Positions 48,314 through 56,917 of a stretch of DNA of 64,000 nucleotides are shown here, piece by piece. Position numbers and translations under genes: made by a program. The notes beneath the pieces were generated by a model. The model made no database searches and had not been told where the DNA came from. It was given only the letters and a program-made list of their open reading frames with translations. This stretch comes from an uncultured Bacilli bacterium (GTDB lineage Bacteria; Bacillota_I; Bacilli_A; RF39; UBA660), in NCBI GenBank assembly GCA_934157235.1, contig CAKPHH010000001.1, positions 131,330 to 195,329 of the forward strand. The letters run 5' to 3'. Position 1 is the first letter of the stretch. Each line of letters begins with the position of its first letter.

Positions 48314-49737
48314 AAAAATTATTTTTTGTCTTTTTACTTGTCCTTTCTATAATATTTTTACCAAGTGTAAATGCTAGTAGTATTGATACAAGTATAAATT
48401 GTCCGTCTACTGTTTATGTTGGCGATGGTATTAGTTGTACTATATATGGTATTGCTAGTGATGTTTACTTATCTGGAATAAAGGCTAATTATGAAATAGC
48501 TAATGCATCATATACATCATTTTCTGTTGGTAGTGACTGGGTTGCTTATGCATCTAATAATAATGGTTTTGTTATTGGAAATACTTCTGGAGGAAAAACA
48601 GGAAGAGTAGTTTTAGGAGTTCTAAAAGTACAACCGACAGTTGGTGTTTCAGGAAGAGTTACAGTTGGTATAAAAACGGTAAATGCATCTGATGTTTCAT
48701 ATAATGATTATGATTTAGCAGCTAGAAGTAGTGTTGTAACAATTGTAGAAAGACCAAAACCGCCTACACCTACACCAACTCCAACTCCAACTCCATCTAC
48801 ACCTACACCCACACCAACCCCATCTACACCTACGACTCCCCAAAATCCACAGCAACCAGAAGAACAAGAGGATGTTTATCTCGATAGTCTAGAAGTTGTT
48901 GAATCTAAATTGGATTTCAAGAAGGATGTTTATGAATATTTAGTAGAAGTTAATGAAAACGTAAGAGAAATAACTATTAAAGCTACTTCTAAATTTAATA
49001 TAGAAGGTACTGGCAAATTTAAATTAAATAGTACTACTAATAAATTTTTAGTAAAAGTTAAAGGAAAGAAGAAAACTAAAACTTATACAATACGAATAAA
49101 TAAAGTAAGTAATAAAGTTAAAAATAATAAAGAAGAAATAGAAAAAGCATTAACTAAATATGATACAGTTATTGTAGATTTAGATAATAAGAAAGATGAC
49201 TTGAAAGCTTATAAAGAAGTTCTTGACAAAGTAAAAGAAACTAAAAAGAAAATTATATATAATATTTATGATAATAATAAGCTGCTATATACTTATACTT
49301 TTAATGGTAATAAAGTAGATTATGTATTAGACAATATAGATTTAAGTATTAGTTTTACAACAAATAAAAATATAGATAATCTTGAAAATAATAAAATTAT
49401 ATTAGATATGAAGTATAAAAGTTATTTTCCAAAAGGAACTGAACTAAAAATATATGATACTAAGAAGTTAAAAAATAAAAGTATAAAACTATTTAAAATT
49501 AACGAAGAAAATGGTTTAGAATTAATAAAGAATAATATAAATACCAAGGATAATGATGTAACTCTAATATTAGAAAAGGGAGATTTATACGTGATTGGTA
49601 GTGAAAAGAGTACTATTTTAGGATATGAAAAGATGGTTATTGTTCAAGCTATTCTGATAATTATTATTTTATTAGCACTAATATATTTTATGATAAAGTG
49701 TTCGCATTTAAGAAAAGATGATAGTGAAATTAGTTAA
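48310..49737 (+). CDS. C-terminally membrane-anchored surface protein: signal peptide, cohesin-like beta-sandwich, Pro/Thr linker, cadherin-like beta-sandwich, C-terminal TM
   Basis: ATGA overlap with the upstream gene. Signal peptide LSIIFLPSVNASS. Cohesin-like N-domain VYVGDGISCTIYGIASDVYLSGIKANYEIANASYTSFSVGS...RVVLGVLKVQP. Linker PKPPTPTPTPTPTPSTPTPTPTPSTPTTP. LDSLEVVESKLDFKKDVYEYLVEV...KTYTIRINK cadherin-like. TM IVQAILIIIILLALIYFMI near the C-terminus. Confidence 0.7.
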   Translation: MKKLFFVFLLVLSIIFLPSVNASSIDTSINCPSTVYVGDGISCTIYGIASDVYLSGIKANYEIANASYTSFSVGSDWVAYASNNNGFVIGNTSGGKTGRVVLGVLKVQPTVGVSGRVTVGIKTVNASDVSYNDYDLAARSSVVTIVERPKPPTPTPTPTPTPSTPTPTPTPSTPTTPQNPQQPEEQEDVYLDSLEVVESKLDFKKDVYEYLVEVNENVREITIKATSKFNIEGTGKFKLNSTTNKFLVKVKGKKKTKTYTIRINKVSNKVKNNKEEIEKALTKYDTVIVDLDNKKDDLKAYKEVLDKVKETKKKIIYNIYDNNKLLYTYTFNGNKVDYVLDNIDLSISFTTNKNIDNLENNKIILDMKYKSYFPKGTELKIYDTKKLKNKSIKLFKINEENGLELIKNNINTKDNDVTLILEKGDLYVIGSEKSTILGYEKMVIVQAILIIIILLALIYFMIKCSHLRKDDSEIS

Positions 49738-50331
49738 TTTTTTCATATAGTAACTTTTTTAAGTTTAAAGGTAAAATATATTGAGTTTGATAAGTACAAC
49801 AAGTATTGAGTAAAAATAAAGGGTCTTTGTCAAATAGTATTGGTGAAGAACTTTGATAAAATATAAGAGGGAGACATAAGTCATCCTTTTATTATAGTTC
49901 AATTATATCAAAAAATTATTGTTTTATTGTAACAGAAGATTGCCAAGAAAAACATATATTTAAAAATTGCCAACTGGAATTTTATGATGGGGTTGTTGGT
50001 ATAATCTGTGATCGATATAACAATATTGATAAGTATGAGGTATATTTAATTAAAAGCACTGGTTCAATCACATGTCCACTTCTATATAATAAAACAACGT
50101 AAAATTTAGTATTTAAATTGTGAGGATAATGTGACATAGTAATCATAGCGATAAGTCCTATCTTATAAAAATGTTTTTTGGATAATTACATTTTACTAGA
50201 CTTATTGCTTTTTTTATATAAAAAGTCTCACATCAATTATAACTCTACAATTTTTACACTAACACAAAAATACAAATCTTTTCACAACAAGAAAAATTTG
50301 TTATAATTATCTAGAAATAGAAGGTGAAATA

Positions 50332-51228
50332 ATGAAAGCAATTTGTGTAGGTCATTCAACATTTGATACAACTCTTCCAATGACTGCATATCCAATCGAA
50401 AACGATAAATATCGTATTCCATATCATGTTGAATGTGGCGGTGGATCTGGTCCTAATGGTGCCTATGTTTTAGCTAAATGGGGAATTGATACAACTATAA
50501 TTTCTGCTCTTGGTAATGATTATCAAGCAGATAGAATAATTGAAGAATTTAAAAGTGTAGGTGCTAACACCAATTATCTTCAGAAACTACCAACTAATAA
50601 AACTTCCTGCAGCTATATCTTTGCTAATATGGAAAATGGTAGTAGAACAATCGTAACATCAAAAGCATCTCCAATAAGAAAACTAGACATAAAAGAACAA
50701 CTTCAAGCTGATGTAATTTTAATAGATGGAGAACATCCAGAAACAGCCAAGAAAATTATTTTAGAAAATCCATCTGCAATAAGTGTTTTTGATGCCAGTA
50801 GAATTAATGATGATAATTTGGAACTAGGTAAAATGGTTACTTATCTAGTTTGTTCTCATGAGTTTGCTGAAAAATTTGCCGGTATTAAAATTGATTATGA
50901 AAAGATCAATACTATCGAAGCCTGTTACAAAAAGTTAAAAGAGTATTTTAAGACAAATGTAATTATTACTCTGGAGTCATATGGTAGCTATACAGAAATA
51001 TCCGGAGAAGGTCAAATAATTCCTAGTATTAAAGTAAAAGCTTTAGATTCAACTGGTGCTGGAGATATTTTTCATGGTTCCTTTGCATACTTTATCAGTC
51101 ATGGCTATTCTTTATTAGAATCAATTCATTATGCATCAATTACCGGAGCTTTATCAGCAACTAAAATAGGAGCCAGATATTCCGTACCAGAATTGAAAGA
51201 GGTTTTAGAATATGACACTCTTATCTAA
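50332..51228 (+). CDS. PfkB/ribokinase-family carbohydrate kinase
   Basis: N-terminal GG dipeptide region. C-terminal DSTGAGDIFHGSF signature. Extended -10 TGtTATAAT about 25 nt upstream. Confidence 0.8.
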   Translation: MKAICVGHSTFDTTLPMTAYPIENDKYRIPYHVECGGGSGPNGAYVLAKWGIDTTIISALGNDYQADRIIEEFKSVGANTNYLQKLPTNKTSCSYIFANMENGSRTIVTSKASPIRKLDIKEQLQADVILIDGEHPETAKKIILENPSAISVFDASRINDDNLELGKMVTYLVCSHEFAEKFAGIKIDYEKINTIEACYKKLKEYFKTNVIITLESYGSYTEISGEGQIIPSIKVKALDSTGAGDIFHGSFAYFISHGYSLLESIHYASITGALSATKIGARYSVPELKEVLEYDTLI

Positions 51229-51472
51229 TTATTTACCCCAAATAGATTTACATGGTCTAGACAGGGATTATGCTAGAATTTTAATAAATGAGTTTATCGA
51301 AGATAACTATAAACTACATAATTATAAAGTCTTAATAATTCATGGTAATGGAAGCGGGATATTGAAAAAGACAACTCAAGAAACATTACGTCAAAACAGG
51401 CTAGTTGAATCATACAAAATAGACAATTTTAACACCGGTACAACTATCGTTGAAATAAGAACAAAAAATTGA
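51212..51472 (+). CDS. Smr-domain (small MutS-related) protein
   Basis: IDLHGL...ARILINEFIED...VLIIHGNGSGILK matches the Smr signature. 17-nt overlap with the kinase gene. Confidence 0.7.
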   Translation: MTLLSNYLPQIDLHGLDRDYARILINEFIEDNYKLHNYKVLIIHGNGSGILKKTTQETLRQNRLVESYKIDNFNTGTTIVEIRTKN

Positions 51473-51530
51473 CAAAAAGGGCTTTATATGATAGAATACT
51501 AAGGCATATAGAGACAGGGGGATTGAATAT

Positions 51531-53159
51531 ATGTATACGGAAGAATATGAAGCGAAAGGATTTCCATTTAAGAATTTTTTATTAAAATTAATTTTAATAA
51601 TTATTTTTGTGTTCCTATTAGCTTGGTTATTACCTAAATTTATTACACCAGCAATTAATAATAGTCTCAAAGATAATAATGGAAACAGTAGTGAGATAAA
51701 CGCTTTAACATCACAAATATTTAATGATAATCTAGAAAAAATGAAGCAAGCAGCAATCTCATATTACACAGATGAAAGATTGCCACAAAAAAATGGTGAA
51801 TACAAGCAAATGACTTTAAGTGAAATGATAGGCTTAAAATTAATTACACCATTAATCGATAAGAATAATAAAGCTGTAGATGTTGAGGCTAGTTATGTAA
51901 AAATAACTAAAGACGCTAACGAATATATCTTAAAAGTAAATATTAAAGACAGTGAAAAAGAAGATTATATTTTAGTACATTTAGGTTGCTACACATACTG
52001 TAAAACAAGCATTTGTGAAAAGAAAGATGATACAATCTACATCAAGAATACTCCAGTAACACCAGATACACCAGTAGTAAAAAAATACTATTGTAAAATA
52101 GTTAATGGTAGTTATTATGGCAAAGGTGGAAGTATTGTTGATAAAAACACTTACGAAAAAGAATGTATTACCAAACCGGTAGAAAAACATTATTGTGCTA
52201 TTGTAAATGATAAGTATTATGGTAAAGCAGGAACTGTTGTTAATAAGGAAACTTATGAAAAAGAATGTACTACAACACCAGAAAAACATTACTGTGAAAT
52301 AGTTAATGGAAAATACTATGACAAAGAAGGTAATGAAGTAAGCAAAGAAAAATATGAAGATAGTTGTGTAGAAAAAGAGTACTTATACGAGTATGCTAAA
52401 ACAACAAATGCTACGTTTAGTAGTTGGACAAAATGGGCAAACTGGCAAGAAACAAGTTGCCAAACTAAAGCTATTACTTGTGCTGCTACTGATATTAACT
52501 GTTTAAAAGAACAAAAATTATATAGCCGTAAAGAAAAAATTGGTACGCATGAACAAGAATACTTAAAAGAGCGTAGTGTTCAAATTAAAGCTTCTTCATA
52601 TAATGAAAAAGTATGTATTGGTTACACTTATGTAATCATTAACAAAGTAACATATGCTGTATCAAAAACGTATACAAATGTAAGCACTATAACATCATCA
52701 ACACAAGGTTCAGTAGCAGGATGGAATTATGAGGGTAGAGGATCATATGCTAATCCTCCAAGAGATACTGAGAATACACATTATGAATTTGTAGGTGCAG
52801 ATTATAGTTATTGTACTGATACATGTACAACATTACCAAATTACTATTATGACAAGTATACATACACTGGTAGCATGACAAAAGTATCATCAACTAAAGA
52901 AGCTCCAGTAAATTCTTCAACATCAGTAGTAGCAACTTGTAATAGTTATACTACTAATGAAGTAACTGTATACAGAACTATTACTAAAAATGAAATAGCA
53001 ACAAGACCAGAACCATTATATGGAACTGTATGCTATGCAAGTACAAGAACAAGAACTCTAACATCTAGTGGAAAAACCAAAAAGAGATGGAGTTTCTATA
53101 ACGATACAAGTTTATTAAATGATAATTGGTACTATACTGGTGCCAAAAAGTTAAAATAA
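51531..53159 (+). CDS. Type-II membrane, Cys-rich repeat protein (unknown function)
   Basis: N-terminal TM FLLKLILIIIFVFLLAWLL. Three tandem ~33-aa repeats (K)[HY]YC[KAE]IVN[GD][SK]YY[GD]K[GAE]G...KE.YE[KD][ES]C, each with two Cys. Additional Cys pairs and a T/S-rich C-terminus. Confidence 0.6.
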   Translation: MYTEEYEAKGFPFKNFLLKLILIIIFVFLLAWLLPKFITPAINNSLKDNNGNSSEINALTSQIFNDNLEKMKQAAISYYTDERLPQKNGEYKQMTLSEMIGLKLITPLIDKNNKAVDVEASYVKITKDANEYILKVNIKDSEKEDYILVHLGCYTYCKTSICEKKDDTIYIKNTPVTPDTPVVKKYYCKIVNGSYYGKGGSIVDKNTYEKECITKPVEKHYCAIVNDKYYGKAGTVVNKETYEKECTTTPEKHYCEIVNGKYYDKEGNEVSKEKYEDSCVEKEYLYEYAKTTNATFSSWTKWANWQETSCQTKAITCAATDINCLKEQKLYSRKEKIGTHEQEYLKERSVQIKASSYNEKVCIGYTYVIINKVTYAVSKTYTNVSTITSSTQGSVAGWNYEGRGSYANPPRDTENTHYEFVGADYSYCTDTCTTLPNYYYDKYTYTGSMTKVSSTKEAPVNSSTSVVATCNSYTTNEVTVYRTITKNEIATRPEPLYGTVCYASTRTRTLTSSGKTKKRWSFYNDTSLLNDNWYYTGAKKLK

Positions 53160-53172
53160 GGGGGAGTTTTAA

Positions 53173-55440
53173 ATGAATAAGGAGATAAAAAATATAGTAT
53201 TTTACACTTTTGAAAGTGAAACTGGTCCTAGAACTCAAACATGTATTTTCTACATGGATGGTTCTGTAAAAAATACTAACGAAGAAGAAGGAAGAGAACT
53301 TCAAGAAGCACTAAAGAAAGGTGAAATCACTCCAAGAGATCCTTCCAAAGTACATGTTTATAAAATGACAGGTGAAATTCTAGAAAGAGACTTTGACCTA
53401 CTTAAAGGAAGAGGCGAAGACATTGAATTTGCCGATGTGCCTTCAAAGAAAACTAAGAAAGCCAAAAAAAGCTTCACAGAAACATTAAAAACAATAACAG
53501 GTATAAATTTAATAAAAAAACTTAATGATAAAAGAAAAGCTAAAAAGGCTGCCAAAGAAGCTGCAAAATTAGATGATGAAGTTGAAGTTGAAGACGAGAT
53601 AGAAGAAGAAAAAAGCAAAAAGAGCTTTATTGAAGTCCTAAAGACAATTACAGGTGTAAACTTAGCTAATAAAATTAAAGCTAAATATAAAGCTAAGAAA
53701 AAAAATTATGAAGAAAAGAAAGCTAGTAAGCCAAAGAAAGAAGAAGGTAAATTCAAGAAATTCTTCAAAAAAACATTCATTGGTAAAATAGCTAGACAAG
53801 TTGCTGCTCTAGCAACTGCTGCTGTAATCCTATTTGTACCAGGCTGTTCAAGCAAAACTCAAAGTAATGCAGATAAAGAACCAACCGCCATCAACGATAC
53901 TGTAGAAATGGGAACTGATGACTTATTAAAAGAAACACTAAGTTTTGCTGGAATGTTAAAATTATCCAAAAGTGAAACTCAAAAAGACTTTATGTTTAAT
54001 ATTAGTCAAGCTTTAAGTACTTATAATATAACTTTTGCTAAAGCTTATGTTGAACAAGGAAAAGACATAAAAGCTGCCTTAACTTGGGATGAAGCTGTAG
54101 CTATGGCTATTGTTTATAATAATTACTCTAAAGAAGAACTAATTGAGATATTTAATGGTGCTGATTTAGATGTAGAGGCTTTAAAAGATGCCTACAAAAC
54201 AGCAAACTTACAATTAATGGGTGCTCATGTAATCGAAACAGAAGCAAATCCAGTAGATATGTCTCAATTACTAGGAAGCAAAGAAGCAAAAGCCTTCTAT
54301 AAAAAATATCATGATATGTTCCTTGCTTGTAAAAAAGCTACTGGAACTGATCAAATAAATAAAGTAAATGCTTTTTACCAAGAATTATATAAAGACTTCC
54401 CAATTACCGAGAAAGTTAGGGAAGAGGGGATTGCACATAGTGATTCTAGAAAGAGCGTTGAATCTTATAAATTTTCAGTTATACCAATGGTAAGTGCTTC
54501 AGAAATGTTATTCCAAAACTTAAAAACTGATAAAACACTTCAAGATAAAGCAATTGCCTATCTAAATGATGTTGGTGTATGTAATCGTGCTAACGATTTA
54601 ATTGAAAGAGCCGCAACAATCAACTTAATGACAAAGAGTGAAGATGATTGTATAGACTATGAGTTATTAAAAAATGCTAAGATTAGTGAGTTAAAAGAAG
54701 CAAAGGCGTATGGTATAAGCGATGAAGAACGTGATTTAAGTAAGTTAGATAGTTTCAAAAAAACCCTAAATGCTAATTCTAAGTTCACTGCTAAAACTAC
54801 AACTAAAACTACAACTGAAACAGTAACAGAATATAGAACAGAAACAACAAGAGAAACAACAGGCGATAGAGATCAAGCTGTAAAAGCTGCCGGTGCTGAT
54901 AAAGTAGACGCTGCTGAAAGAGAAGCAGATAAAGCAGTTAAAAAAGAAAACGAAGCAGCTCGTAAAGATGCCGAGAAAAAAGCTGATGAAGAAGCTAAAC
55001 GCCAACAAGAAAAATCTGATGCTGAAAAGAAAGTCTTAGAAAACGACATAGCTCAAAAAGATAAGGATTTACAAGATAAAATCGACAAAGCAAACGAAGA
55101 TATTAATAATGATCAATCAGTAAGTGAAAAAGATTTTGGCGACCATGACGTTGATTTTGATAACGATCATTCAGACAAAGATGGTAAGTTAAATGATTCT
55201 GTTAAGGATATTACAACAGATCCATCTGGTGATATGACAAATCAACCATTACCAGATCCAAATGCTGATGATGAATATGTATCTACACCAAGTAAAAAAG
55301 CAACAGATCAAACAATCTATGAGTATGAAGAACCATACACTATGACAAATGAAGAAAAAGCTGCTGCTATAGTAGAACAAATGGCAAATGAAACAACATA
55401 TGGTGTTGATAGAGCAAAAACATATACATATCATAAATAA
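53173..55440 (+). CDS. Bitopic membrane protein with an N-terminal repeat region and a long extracellular coiled-coil/charged C-terminus
   Basis: Two N-terminal ~55-aa repeats (KKSFTETLKTITGINLIKKLN... / KKSFIEVLKTITGVNLANKIK...). Internal hydrophobic segment IARQVAALATAAVILFVPGCSS (TM or lipobox-like). Thr-rich KTTTKTTTETVTEYRTETTRETT and K/E/D coiled coil. Confidence 0.6.
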   Translation: MNKEIKNIVFYTFESETGPRTQTCIFYMDGSVKNTNEEEGRELQEALKKGEITPRDPSKVHVYKMTGEILERDFDLLKGRGEDIEFADVPSKKTKKAKKSFTETLKTITGINLIKKLNDKRKAKKAAKEAAKLDDEVEVEDEIEEEKSKKSFIEVLKTITGVNLANKIKAKYKAKKKNYEEKKASKPKKEEGKFKKFFKKTFIGKIARQVAALATAAVILFVPGCSSKTQSNADKEPTAINDTVEMGTDDLLKETLSFAGMLKLSKSETQKDFMFNISQALSTYNITFAKAYVEQGKDIKAALTWDEAVAMAIVYNNYSKEELIEIFNGADLDVEALKDAYKTANLQLMGAHVIETEANPVDMSQLLGSKEAKAFYKKYHDMFLACKKATGTDQINKVNAFYQELYKDFPITEKVREEGIAHSDSRKSVESYKFSVIPMVSASEMLFQNLKTDKTLQDKAIAYLNDVGVCNRANDLIERAATINLMTKSEDDCIDYELLKNAKISELKEAKAYGISDEERDLSKLDSFKKTLNANSKFTAKTTTKTTTETVTEYRTETTRETTGDRDQAVKAAGADKVDAAEREADKAVKKENEAARKDAEKKADEEAKRQQEKSDAEKKVLENDIAQKDKDLQDKIDKANEDINNDQSVSEKDFGDHDVDFDNDHSDKDGKLNDSVKDITTDPSGDMTNQPLPDPNADDEYVSTPSKKATDQTIYEYEEPYTMTNEEKAAAIVEQMANETTYGVDRAKTYTYHK

Positions 55441-55468
55441 AAAAGAGACTTTCAATAAAGTCTCTTTT
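55441..55468. terminator. Bidirectional Rho-independent terminator between convergent genes
   Basis: AAAGAGACTTT-caat-AAAGTCTCTTT perfect palindrome. Confidence 0.65.
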
Positions 55469-55473
55469 ACTTG

Positions 55474-56109
55474 TTATTTACTTTTTACAATATTTCTCTT
55501 TTCAATCTTATAATTTTCTATTTGACAATTATCACTCATACATGAATCACAAGTCGTTAAAGTAAAACTTTTCAAATCTTTAGAAATATCAAAATCTAAA
55601 GCAGACTCATTTATTTTTAATTTTTTACCATCACTAGTCATTATCATAATTTTACTTGAGTTGCATTGCTTTGCGACAAATGAATTAAAGATATAAACAT
55701 TGTTAGATTGAATAATTTCAAAATAAGCAGCAGCGTTCTTTGAATAAATATTATCATTATCTATTGTTAAAACCTTTTTATCTTTTAGATAAATATTCGC
55801 TTTATATTTATATATAACACCATCATCACTATTTTCTTGTTCCTTACTAACAAATTCAATCTTTAAATCCTTATTAAAGTTATAAGATTCTTGTTCATCT
55901 GTTAAATACAACTTTCTCGTAAATTTAATAGAGACATCTGGAGAAAAATTTATTTTATTTTCTTCTTTATTAGTATAGTTTAACCAGACTCCATATAGTA
56001 AAAGAATTGTCAAAGCAATAAGTGCTAAACTATGTTTATTAATAAAACTCTTCTTATTAACAATTTCTTTTTTCTTGTTATTATATTTCTTCACCAAAAT
56101 TCCTCCCAC
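55474..56109 (-). CDS. N-terminally membrane-anchored hypothetical protein
   Basis: TM ALIALTILLLYGVWL, then a soluble domain with Cys pairs near the C-terminus (CNSS...CDSCMSDNC). Confidence 0.55.
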   Translation of the reverse strand: MGGILVKKYNNKKKEIVNKKSFINKHSLALIALTILLLYGVWLNYTNKEENKINFSPDVSIKFTRKLYLTDEQESYNFNKDLKIEFVSKEQENSDDGVIYKYKANIYLKDKKVLTIDNDNIYSKNAAAYFEIIQSNNVYIFNSFVAKQCNSSKIMIMTSDGKKLKINESALDFDISKDLKSFTLTTCDSCMSDNCQIENYKIEKRNIVKSK

Positions 56110-56237
56110 TAATATTAAAGTTTATAATAATTATATTTACCAAAAGTATACCATAATTAAGTATTCAAGTCAAGCTAATTAAATTTATACAATGGTGTCT
56201 ACGTAGAAAACATATATTCGCTTTTTTTAAGTTTAAT

Positions 56238-56266
56238 TTGACAAAATAAGACTTTTGTGTTATAAT
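56238..56266 (+). promoter_or_regulatory. Consensus sigma-A promoter with extended -10
   Basis: TTGACA, 17-nt spacer, TGtTATAAT. The -10/discriminator TGTGTTATAATATGTGTACT nearly repeats the one at 5437-5456 (TGTGATATAATATGTGCACT). Confidence 0.6.
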
Positions 56267-56336
56267 ATGTGTACTTTGAAGGTGAGAGACCCGAAGTATA
56301 CAAAATTAAAATTTATATAGGGTGGGGTTGAGTATA

Positions 56337-56756
56337 ATGAATAATGCGTATATTTTCGAGTATTTGGATGAAAATGATTTTCGTAAAAAGGAAAGATCAG
56401 TTAGAAAGTATAACATGTTAGCTTATAAGAAATTAACTTTTAATTATTATCCAGAATTACGTAAAGGTAACTTTTTAGGTAAAGAGATTAATAAGAATGA
56501 AAAGAATAATACAATAAGCTATGAATTGAAATTACCTACTGATGAATTATTTGTTAAAGTACATGGTGAAATTACATTACACTATACTGTATATACAGAA
56601 AAGAAAATAATCCTTTTAACAAACATTACACCAGAAGGAATTTTAGATGAAGGACACAGAGCTGAATTATCAACATATAAAGGTGTTATGATTTCAAAAA
56701 CTAATCCAGAGAAAGATATGTTCAAAATTAATTTAATTAATATGTTAGGAAAATAG
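56337..56756 (+). CDS. Hypothetical 140-aa cytoplasmic protein
   Basis: ATG 56337 about 11 nt after GGTGGGG. No recognised motif. Beta-rich C-terminal half (ITLHYTVYTEKKIILLTNI). Confidence 0.5.
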   Translation: MNNAYIFEYLDENDFRKKERSVRKYNMLAYKKLTFNYYPELRKGNFLGKEINKNEKNNTISYELKLPTDELFVKVHGEITLHYTVYTEKKIILLTNITPEGILDEGHRAELSTYKGVMISKTNPEKDMFKINLINMLGK

Positions 56757-56777
56757 GATAATTTATCCTATTTTTTT
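56754..56777 (+). terminator. Rho-independent terminator
   Basis: TAGGATA-att-TATCCTA hairpin followed by a T7 run. Confidence 0.5.
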
Positions 56778-56827
56778 ATATTTTCTCTTGCAACAATTCT
56801 AAATATATGCTATTATTAAATAGCAAT

Positions 56828-56904
56828 GGACCCTTAGCTCAGTTGGTTAGAGCATCCGGCTCATAACCGGGCGGTCACAGGTTCGAGTCCTGTAGGGTCC
56901 ACCA
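56828..56904 (+). tRNA. tRNA-Met (anticodon CAT; could alternatively be a lysidine-modified tRNA-Ile2), with encoded CCA
   Basis: Acceptor stem GGACCCT/AGGGTCC. Anticodon loop cuCAUaa. T-loop GGTTCGAGTCC. 3' ACCA. Confidence 0.9.
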
Positions 56905-56917
56905 TTTATATTTTGAT

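Noticed and set aside
48770-48850. ACACC(A/T)AC(T/A)CCAACTCC tandem nucleotide repeat
   Set aside because: It encodes the Pro-Thr linker (PTPTPTPTPS...) of the cohesin-like protein. It could be a contingency locus that expands or contracts by slippage, but it is in frame and coding.
53173-53810. Possibility that the first about 210 codons of the 755-aa ORF are a separate gene, or that the real start is just before the hydrophobic or lipobox segment
   Set aside because: There is no in-frame ATG/GTG/TTG between codons about 150 and 215 and no internal stop. It is kept as one ORF but flagged as a finding.
56322-56756. Possible toxin-antitoxin (RelE/HigB-like) identity for the 140-aa protein after the strong promoter
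   Set aside because: Only a vague beta-strand pattern (LHYTVYTEKKIILLTNI), no partner antitoxin gene and no conserved catalytic residues I can place. Left as hypothetical.
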